Virus record (IMG/VR): IMGVR_UViG_3300049792_000048
Coordinates: 96,001-160,000 of that record
From: a virus
Taxonomy: Duplodnaviria > Caudoviricetes
DNA length: 64,000 nucleotides
Direction: 5' to 3' (one strand)
Part shown: positions 57,421 to 64,000 of the stretch, in pieces
Layout: the number at the start of each line of letters is the position of its first letter
How positions within the stretch are numbered: position 1 is the stretch's first letter
Translations under genes and position numbers: made by a program
Notes under the pieces: model-generated
Told to the model about the DNA's origin: nothing
The model's database searches: none
What the model saw: the letters and a program-made list of their open reading frames with translations, nothing else

Positions 57421-58010
57421 ACATCACACAGATCACGATGCCACAGGACAAAGCCCGCAGGGCCTTCCTCGACTACAAGCACGCCGTGGATGCCCGGCAC
57501 AACGACGAGGACATCGCCATCATGAAGGGCTACAAGGCCCTCGCTGAGGGTTCCGCTCTCATCGATCTCCGCAGCGCCTTCCGGGTCGCTGGTGTGGAGA
57601 AGGGGCTTCCTAAGATCGCGGTGTGCCGTGCCGACTTCACGTGGTGTTGGTTCAGCTTTCGAGAAGCTACGCGCGCTCAGTTCATCGGGACTCATGACAC
57701 TTCTCGGAATGCCGGCATGAACTTGAAGGCGCATCGCTACAACTCGGTGTGTTTGCCCGAGGGGGTGTTGACCCGTCCAGACAACGCATGGCCTCGTGCT
57801 CGTGCTCTTCTACCGAGCGTGCCTCCGCAGTTCCGGCCGAAGCATCATCTTCGCAACTACCACATCCTGTGGGAGGCGGAGTGGCAGCCCATCCCTCCGA
57901 CTGATCCACTGCTCCTGAAGCACCTGGGAGGAACCCTCTACGTCGTGCTTGCGCAGTGGGATCTCACCGAGCTCGAACGCGCCGTGCTGGCAAACAGGAT
58001 GTCCACGTGA
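57417..58010 (+). CDS. Hypothetical phage protein
   Basis: ILWEAEW..PP.DPLLLKHLGG.LYVVLAQWDLTELERA. Confidence 0.65.
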   Translation: MNITQITMPQDKARRAFLDYKHAVDARHNDEDIAIMKGYKALAEGSALIDLRSAFRVAGVEKGLPKIAVCRADFTWCWFSFREATRAQFIGTHDTSRNAGMNLKAHRYNSVCLPEGVLTRPDNAWPRARALLPSVPPQFRPKHHLRNYHILWEAEWQPIPPTDPLLLKHLGGTLYVVLAQWDLTELERAVLANRMST

Positions 58011-58264
58011 GGGGTTCGGCCCCGCTCCTCAAGGAGAGCGTCAAAGTCCACACGGTGACAACCGCAACCTTCGACTCGGAGCTGAAGCTCACCAACAAGC
58101 ATCTCATCGCGCTGCTTCGTTATGCAGGGTACGAGGTCTCGGACGACGCGAAGTTCCAGGTTGCTGGTGCCACCGACAGCTACGGGGCTGCTGTCCTCGT
58201 CGACGATGAGGTCACGCTCGATGTTACTTGGAAGACTGTGCATAAGACGGAGAGGGAAGAGTGA
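58007..58264 (+). CDS. Hypothetical protein
   Basis: GTGA-coupled ORF; start uncertain. Confidence 0.45.
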   Translation: MRGSAPLLKESVKVHTVTTATFDSELKLTNKHLIALLRYAGYEVSDDAKFQVAGATDSYGAAVLVDDEVTLDVTWKTVHKTEREE

Positions 58265-58485
58265 CGGACCGTGTGCGGACCCTGGTGGTTGTCCTCGATG
58301 ATGACTACCGGGTAGGTACTGGCGAGTACTTGGAGAACATCAAGACGAGCTTGCTCATGACCCGTGGTGTCAGCAGGGTCGAGGATGGAGAGGTCGTCAC
58401 CAGTGCCGACCACGTCAACAGAAGCATCGCTCGCAGTGAGCTGCTGATAGATCTCATCGAGTTCGCGAAGAAGTGGAGACGTTGA
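58261..58485 (+). CDS. Hypothetical protein
   Basis: GTGA-coupled 74-aa ORF. Confidence 0.55.
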   Translation: MTDRVRTLVVVLDDDYRVGTGEYLENIKTSLLMTRGVSRVEDGEVVTSADHVNRSIARSELLIDLIEFAKKWRR

Positions 58486-58814
58486 TGTCCGAGACGATCA
58501 GCATCGAGCACGTGAAGAGGGCGACGGACAAGCGTGGCGGTTACTTGGTGCACCTCTGTCGTACCAAGGTCACCGGTCGGATGGGAGCTTCCCGTTGGGT
58601 GGATGTTCGCATCCTGAACGGCAAGTTCGAGAAGTGGAACAGCCGGTGGTCCAAGGACTTGGAGGCGAAGGTCCTGACTCAAGTGCTCTCCTTCATCGAG
58701 CTGAAGGCAGCCGAGCTTGCCAAGGAAGATGATCGCGGCAGGCCGGTGGAGGTGCACTACCGTCCGCCGGCGAGGAACGCACGCGATCTGCTTCGCGACA
58801 TCGAGGCGGAGTAG
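58485..58814 (+). CDS. Hypothetical protein
   Basis: TGATG-coupled ORF. Confidence 0.55.
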   Translation: MSETISIEHVKRATDKRGGYLVHLCRTKVTGRMGASRWVDVRILNGKFEKWNSRWSKDLEAKVLTQVLSFIELKAAELAKEDDRGRPVEVHYRPPARNARDLLRDIEAE

Positions 58815-58830
58815 ACTCGAATCAGTGCGG

Positions 58831-58860
58831 AAAACACCTATCAGAGAGATGAAGAAGGAG
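58831..58860 (+). promoter_or_regulatory. Recurrent phage promoter-like motif plus RBS
   Basis: AAAACACCTATCAGAGAGATGAAGAAGGAG; core identical to the 38988-39003 copy. Confidence 0.6.
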
Positions 58861-58866
58861 AACTCA

Positions 58867-59589
58867 ATGACCTACGTCCCTCGCGCTCTGCTCCTGCTCC
58901 CCGCTCGTCGAATCTCCATGGGGTCCTCGGAGCAGGACATCTACGGGATGATCGACTTCGATAAGAACATGCATGGTGGGTTCTTCGACCGTCTGCGCAG
59001 CCTCATGAAGATCTCGACGAGCGTCGTGAAGGCTCTCGGTGAGAAGGAGGACCCCTTCGACATGCCCGCCGACCGTGGGACGTGGGTTCTTCCCGGCGCT
59101 CACAGCCTCTCGGTCGCCTCGGGCTACTGCGACTACATCCTCTCGGAAGAGCCTCTGCGGAAGGACAAGCTGTTGCCCAACCAGGAGTCGTTGAACGACC
59201 TGTTCGATGGCACCGTGAATCAGCTCACCGGAAAGACGAACATCGAGGAGGCTCTCCAGGAGGAGGACCCCGTAGTCATCGATTTCTCGCGGTGGCATCA
59301 GGAGCTCGTAGACGAGTCGGTGTTTCACGGGAGTGCGGAGGAGCTCTGGAAGCTGCTCGAAGGCAACACGCTTCGCAGCGAGGTCGATCGCATCACCGTC
59401 GCAATGGGAGGGCCCTTTGAGGTGAAGCGTGGAGTGCCTCTCACATGGATTCGTCCTGAAGAGAAGTTCTCGTTCTACTTCGAGGCCTTCGCCAAGCACC
59501 ACGATGGCGAGTGGTACGAGACGGTGGAGCAATCGATGCAGGCTCTCCTCGGGGCCGTCGAAGACACCATCGCGTCCCTGAACCGCTGA
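58867..59589 (+). CDS. Hypothetical acidic protein
   Basis: AAGGAG RBS before ATG 58867. Confidence 0.65.
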   Translation: MTYVPRALLLLPARRISMGSSEQDIYGMIDFDKNMHGGFFDRLRSLMKISTSVVKALGEKEDPFDMPADRGTWVLPGAHSLSVASGYCDYILSEEPLRKDKLLPNQESLNDLFDGTVNQLTGKTNIEEALQEEDPVVIDFSRWHQELVDESVFHGSAEELWKLLEGNTLRSEVDRITVAMGGPFEVKRGVPLTWIRPEEKFSFYFEAFAKHHDGEWYETVEQSMQALLGAVEDTIASLNR

Positions 59590-59600
59590 TAAGGACGAAC

Positions 59601-59650
59601 AGGCGCGGTAGGTCTGGCACTCAGTGCTGGGTCTGCCGCGCCTTTCTGTT
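59601..59650 (+). terminator. Long 20-bp hairpin (terminator or processing site)
   Basis: AGGCGCGGTAGGTCTGGCAC-TCA-GTGCTGGGTCTGCCGCGCCT then TTCTGTT. Confidence 0.55.
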
Positions 59651-59659
59651 GGAGAAGAT

Positions 59660-59842
59660 ATGTTTCACTTGAACGACATGATGTCAGCGGTGCTGGCGGG
59701 ATTCGATGTCGCGAACATCGAGTCGACAAAGTATGGGCAGGACCGCCCCTGGAAAGTCCTGGAGTTGAAGCGTGACGAGTTCGTCGTGCTTCACATGCCT
59801 TCGGGCAGCAAGTTCCGCGTGAAAATGAAGGAGGAGCTCTGA
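59660..59842 (+). CDS. Hypothetical protein
   Basis: GGAG RBS; TGATG-coupled to ndk. Confidence 0.5.
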   Translation: MFHLNDMMSAVLAGFDVANIESTKYGQDRPWKVLELKRDEFVVLHMPSGSKFRVKMKEEL

Positions 59843-60519
59843 TGTTCTACTGCAATGCGTGCCAAATCGAAAACAAGTACCCGACCTCTCTCATGCAGAG
59901 CTACGGGAAGTGCGAGTTGTGCGAAACCACAGCGAACTGTCATGACGTTCCGAGCTCCTACTTGCCATCTCCACCCAAGACCGAGAAGTCCAGGCTGCAT
60001 TTCCTGAACGGCGGACGGCTGGAGTATACCCTCGCACTCATCAAGCCGGATGCAGTCAAGGCGAACCATGTGGGAGCAATCATCCACATGATCGAAGACA
60101 GCTTCATCATCGGGGACATGCTGAGCTCGCGGTGGGACCCCGCAGATGTCGCAGAGTTCTACGGAGAGCATGCGGGGAAGCAGTTCTACTGGGACCTCGT
60201 CAAGTTCATGTCCAGTGAGAGGATCATCGCCCTCACTCTTATCGCTCCTAATGCTGTGGAGAAGTGGAGACAGATGATGGGCCCCACAGATCCGAAGTCG
60301 GCGAAGGAGCCCACCATCCGTGCTCGGTTCTCGGCGATGGACGGCATCATGATGCACAATGCAGTGCACGGCAGCGACAGCGATGTCAGTGCCAACAGGG
60401 AGGTCAACTTCGTCCGCAGCACGCTGCGGGTGGCTCCACGCTTCGGAGAAGAGGCTTACCGCCTCATCGAGAAGTACAAGGGTCTGGCATGGACTCAACA
60501 AGGACTTCAGCCGGTATGA
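59842..60519 (+). CDS. ndk: Nucleoside diphosphate kinase with N-terminal Cys-rich extension
   Basis: TLALIKPDAV, FYGEHAGKQFY, WRQMMGPTDP, TIRARF, NAVHGSDS. Confidence 0.9.
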   Translation: MFYCNACQIENKYPTSLMQSYGKCELCETTANCHDVPSSYLPSPPKTEKSRLHFLNGGRLEYTLALIKPDAVKANHVGAIIHMIEDSFIIGDMLSSRWDPADVAEFYGEHAGKQFYWDLVKFMSSERIIALTLIAPNAVEKWRQMMGPTDPKSAKEPTIRARFSAMDGIMMHNAVHGSDSDVSANREVNFVRSTLRVAPRFGEEAYRLIEKYKGLAWTQQGLQPV

Positions 60520-61094
60520 CTACCTGGAAGCGGATCTATCCGGATTTCGCAGTCGAGTTCACGCACGCACCGCCCAAGGTGATCTGCGACGCCGAGATCG
60601 TCCCGCTTCTGCGCCAAGGGTGGGACCTAGCAGCGGCCACAGAAGGCTTGATGAACAATCCCGAGGTCAAGCTCGCAAAGATGGTCGAGGATGACCCGGA
60701 GGGTGTCCTCCTCGATGTTGGTGGGATCATGTGGTCTGGGCGTCACGAGTACGACTTCGTGCTCGATGGTCTGAAGGTGAAGATCCCAGCTATCGATGTT
60801 GGGGTCTTCCTGAATATGGCGGAGACCGCCAAGAGTGAAGTTCTCTCCGGACACCTTCCCACCACCGAGTATGTGTCACGCGAGGTCTATCGCATCCACA
60901 CCTTCATGGATTGGCGGCTGCTCCTTTCACCCAAGAACCGCTTGGCGCTGTTCATGGAGTTGAAGAAGATCGAGAAAGAAGCTGCCGCAATCGCCACCGT
61001 AGAGAACGATCGCTTCAACAAGGACCTCGTCGACAAGCCTCACCCGAATGTGCGGGCAAGGCGACGACCTGTCGGTCCCATCGGCAAAGGCTGA
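60516..61094 (+). CDS. Hypothetical protein
   Basis: ATGA-coupled ORF. Confidence 0.55.
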   Translation: MTTWKRIYPDFAVEFTHAPPKVICDAEIVPLLRQGWDLAAATEGLMNNPEVKLAKMVEDDPEGVLLDVGGIMWSGRHEYDFVLDGLKVKIPAIDVGVFLNMAETAKSEVLSGHLPTTEYVSREVYRIHTFMDWRLLLSPKNRLALFMELKKIEKEAAAIATVENDRFNKDLVDKPHPNVRARRRPVGPIGKG

Positions 61095-61102
61095 GGAACA
61101 AC

Positions 61103-61456
61103 ATGAACACGAACAAGAAAAAGACGAAGCAGGAGAGGCTTGCTGATGCCTCGGTCATGCTCTTTGCAAAGACGATGGCTTCCATCAACCTGACTGGTGG
61201 CGCAGACCCCATCATCACTAGCAAAGGCAAGAGGTCGGAGGAGAAGCAGAAAGTCGTCATGCAGAAGGACGACTGGGTCCGCGTGAAGAATGGCCGTTAC
61301 CTCGATGGCGCCGAGGGCAAGGTCGTCAAGACCGAGAAGGTCGGCCTCATCACGATCGTCACGGTCAGGCAGCTCAACGGCAACGAGCTGCGTCTTCCAC
61401 GCTCCCACTTCGAGTTCGCGGCGTACACCAAGCCGAACGACCTCGATCAAGGATGA
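61103..61456 (+). CDS. KOW/SH3-like domain protein
   Basis: DWVRVKNGRYLDGAEGKVV. Confidence 0.55.
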   Translation: MNTNKKKTKQERLADASVMLFAKTMASINLTGGADPIITSKGKRSEEKQKVVMQKDDWVRVKNGRYLDGAEGKVVKTEKVGLITIVTVRQLNGNELRLPRSHFEFAAYTKPNDLDQG

Positions 61457-61842
61457 GGATCATCATCGCCGGCAGCAGAGCGTTCACGTTCTTGGACTAC
61501 TCCTTGGTCGAGAACGCCTGCTTGAGTTCCGGCTACTGGTTCACCACTGTGCTCTCAGGGCAGGCGGAGGGAGTCGACAAGCTTGGCGAAGAGTTCGCTC
61601 GTCGCATGAGCATTCCGGTCGATCCCTTCCCTGCTGACTGGGCGAAGTACGGAAATGGGGCAGGAATCAAACGGAACTTGGAGATGGTGAAGAAGGCACA
61701 AGCCCTCGTCGCCATATGGGACGGTCGAAGCCCCGGAACGCAGCATGTCATCTCGGCTGCGCGAGCAGCAGGTCTTCTGGTACATGTACGTCGTGCTGAC
61801 CCGACACCGTCCATGCCGACGGTGACGTACCGAGGACATTGA
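61453..61842 (+). CDS. YspA/DUF2493-like SLOG protein
   Basis: IIIAGSR, SGQAEGVD, ADW.KYG.GAG.KRN.EM, WDGRSPGT. Confidence 0.85.
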   Translation: MRIIIAGSRAFTFLDYSLVENACLSSGYWFTTVLSGQAEGVDKLGEEFARRMSIPVDPFPADWAKYGNGAGIKRNLEMVKKAQALVAIWDGRSPGTQHVISAARAAGLLVHVRRADPTPSMPTVTYRGH

Positions 61843-61843
61843 G

Positions 61844-62257
61844 ATGACCAGACATGAACAGAAGAATCGCGACAAATACGTCTTCAAGGTTCCCCAGACC
61901 ATGGCCGAGGCGAAGAACCGCCTCGATGACGCAACCATGGGTGTGCTGAACGTCGAGAAGCAGCTGGGGGATCCACGGCGTTCTGAAGAGATGGGGGAGC
62001 ATGATTACGGGCGGTGGAGGGAGTCGGCGAAGTCGTCGAGGATCTTCATGATCATCGAGCAGCGCACGCTCAAGGAGTGGATCCGAGAGCGCCGCCAGCA
62101 GCTCGACGCGAAGAAGGCCGACATCTTCCCATATGACGATCCCAAGGCCATGCTTCATCGTTGCATCATCGAGGGTGCCAAGTTCATCAAGGGCGAGGAG
62201 AACCAGCTCGAACAGGTTCTTGCGTACGCAAAGGAATACCTCACGCACAAGGCGTGA
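61844..62257 (+). CDS. Hypothetical protein
   Basis: GAGGA RBS; helical. Confidence 0.6.
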   Translation: MTRHEQKNRDKYVFKVPQTMAEAKNRLDDATMGVLNVEKQLGDPRRSEEMGEHDYGRWRESAKSSRIFMIIEQRTLKEWIRERRQQLDAKKADIFPYDDPKAMLHRCIIEGAKFIKGEENQLEQVLAYAKEYLTHKA

Positions 62258-62277
62258 TTTCCGCTATCAGAACTACG

Positions 62278-62742
62278 ATGAGACACGTAGACCTCCTCCT
62301 CCCGCACCCTGAACCGGTCGTGGTCCTGATGGCACCGCGTATGCGGAACACGGGACGCGACTACGATCTCTTGGAGTACTTCATCTTCGACCTCCGGGCT
62401 CTTGGTCGTCCTGTGACCTTTCGGGTTAGCGGGATGATCACGGGTCCGGAGGAGTTCGTGGAGACACTCGCACCTCAGTATGGTCATCGCGTCGAGGTAT
62501 ACGGCCCCGGACCCGAAGAGCCTGCTGACCGTGTCCACCGCCTGAACAAGAGCGACGACCGCGAGAGGGACGTTACCTGCCTGCTCGGAGCTCATGCCCT
62601 GTGGGTGTGGTCACTGACTTCACAGCTCGACCCCAGCAGCACACTCCTCGACTACGAGGTCATCACGGTGGCTCAGGACCTTCAGGTCCCTGTGTTGCTG
62701 TTCACGCCTGAATCCGAGAACTACGACATCCTGGAGATCTGA
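62278..62742 (+). CDS. Hypothetical protein, possibly a divergent SLOG-like fold
   Basis: Preceded by ATTTCCGCTATCAG motif; SGMITGPE...ERD pattern loosely like SLOG. Confidence 0.45.
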   Translation: MRHVDLLLPHPEPVVVLMAPRMRNTGRDYDLLEYFIFDLRALGRPVTFRVSGMITGPEEFVETLAPQYGHRVEVYGPGPEEPADRVHRLNKSDDRERDVTCLLGAHALWVWSLTSQLDPSSTLLDYEVITVAQDLQVPVLLFTPESENYDILEI

Positions 62743-63314
62743 TGCCCGTAAGTCCCGAGATCCAAGAGATCGCGCAGATCTACGAGATCACCATCCATAT
62801 AGTCCCCGAGTACTTGTTGTCTCCACGAAGGCCTGACCTCCCAGCTGACGTCAGCACGGCGTTCGGGAACGGGCTCAACGTGGCGCGGCGAGAGGTGTAC
62901 CTCTTCGGAGACAACAATGTGGAGTCTCATCTCCACGAGATGATGCACATCATCACGCATCCCGCCGGATGCAAGCTTTCAGTCGTCAGAGAGAACTGGA
63001 TGCTCATGCAGTTCGAGCGTGAGCTCGCTCGAAAGATGCTTCCCAACTCCATGTTCCGCCGTGTCGTGTCATGGCAGCGAGGAACGGAGGCGTCAGATAA
63101 CAGTGAGCTCTTCGCCAACAAACGTGAGTACTGGCGGGACAAGGGGATGTGGCTGGACGGCCGAGAGCGTGCAGTGGAGGTGGGCCTGCTCGACAAGAAG
63201 GGCTATCCCACCTTCAAGTACCCGACGTGGCCGAGAGACCCCTTCGACATGTACTCGTCGTGGGCAGCGAAGTACGACGCGAACTTCTCAGATGTACAGG
63301 AGCTCCGCGAGTAG
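62742..63314 (+). CDS. HExxH-motif protein
   Basis: HLHEMMHII; TGATG coupling. Confidence 0.55.
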   Translation: MPVSPEIQEIAQIYEITIHIVPEYLLSPRRPDLPADVSTAFGNGLNVARREVYLFGDNNVESHLHEMMHIITHPAGCKLSVVRENWMLMQFERELARKMLPNSMFRRVVSWQRGTEASDNSELFANKREYWRDKGMWLDGRERAVEVGLLDKKGYPTFKYPTWPRDPFDMYSSWAAKYDANFSDVQELRE

Positions 63315-63333
63315 CGCGGGGCTCTTTCTTTTT
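63300..63333 (+). terminator. Intrinsic terminator
   Basis: GAGCTCCGCG-AGTAG-CGCGGGGCTC-TTTCTTTTT. Confidence 0.7.
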
Positions 63334-63343
63334 GGAGGAATAG

Positions 63344-64000
63344 ATGACCGAACGATTCCCTGGGGTGCTCATCAAACCGAAGAGCGCCAACCGGAAGCTC
63401 GGCCCTGTCGATATTGTGCGTGGGCCGACGCTGAAGCGTCCGCGGTTCGTACCGAGGGGGCCGTTCGTAGCTTCGACCTATGTCTCGATTCGCGGGACGT
63501 GCGATGACGTCTGTAAGTTCAAGGACGCCGGATGCTTCGCCGATGCCGGATACACCGGCTTGATGGTTCAGCGCCTCGACAAGGAGCTGAAGAAGAACAA
63601 GGAGAACGTTGGCGTAATCGAAGCAGAGGCAATCGATGCTCTCTTCGTGCGCGGCGTTCCACAGGATGGGGGCAAGTACGGGAAGACAGGTCGCGACCTC
63701 CGTCTTCATGTTAGCGGGGATGCACAGAACGACATCGCCGCGATGGCTCTGTCTGGGGCAGCTATCCGCTACAAGGGGCGTGGAGGCGGCGTCGTGTGGA
63801 CGTACACGCACTCTTGGAGACGCATCGTCCGTTCGATCTGGGGGCCCATCCAGGTCCTCGCTTCGGTGGAGACGGCGAAGGATGCGCACCGAGCTCGCTA
63901 CCTGAAGGGATACGTTCCAGCTCTGGTGGTGCGTGAGTTCCCGTCGAAGAAGGCGTTCACCATCCCGGACTGTGACATCAAGTTCATCCCATGCCCTGCG
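63344..64000 (+). CDS. gp88-like / radical-SAM-like Cys-motif protein, 3'-truncated
   Basis: GGAGG RBS; SANRKLG, TCDDVCKFKDAGCFA (CxxxC-x6-C), LRLHVSGD, WTYTH, ASVET, IPCP. Confidence 0.65.
   Translation, partial: MTERFPGVLIKPKSANRKLGPVDIVRGPTLKRPRFVPRGPFVASTYVSIRGTCDDVCKFKDAGCFADAGYTGLMVQRLDKELKKNKENVGVIEAEAIDALFVRGVPQDGGKYGKTGRDLRLHVSGDAQNDIAAMALSGAAIRYKGRGGGVVWTYTHSWRRIVRSIWGPIQVLASVETAKDAHRARYLKGYVPALVVREFPSKKAFTIPDCDIKFIPCPA

Overview
This is a 64-kb segment of a large, high-GC dsDNA myovirus-type (jumbo-like) phage genome using the standard genetic code. From left to right it holds: a minus-strand gyrB; a ~30-kb plus-strand virion module (prohead protease, scaffold/core proteins, decoration protein, major capsid protein, neck proteins, a 1033-aa tail sheath, tail tube and a 1287-aa lectin-like fibre); a strand switch with repeats at ~34.1-34.4 kb; and a mostly plus-strand accessory region. 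The accessory region includes a DEDDh exonuclease, dcd, thyX, tmRNA, vWA protein, nucleotidyltransferase, putative muramidase, split RecD2, SpoT-like HD hydrolase, RCC1-like lipoprotein, ndk, SLOG and a gp88-like gene. Seven free-standing HNH-like genes are scattered across the window. Terminase, portal, gyrA and baseplate genes were not recognised. Main unexplained signals: (1) a K-x-A(S/A/G) motif that saturates head-module proteins and separates the modules of two polyproteins (ferritin-like domain, PPase-like domain, glycine-zipper peptides), suggesting a protease-programmed cargo system; (2) a small accessory protein ending in a near-copy of the predicted mature capsid N-terminus; (3) a promoter-like CTAT(C/A)A motif in ~14 copies; (4) tRNA-like RNAs ending in ACCA near the tmRNA. 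All protein calls come from motif recognition by eye; no searches were run.
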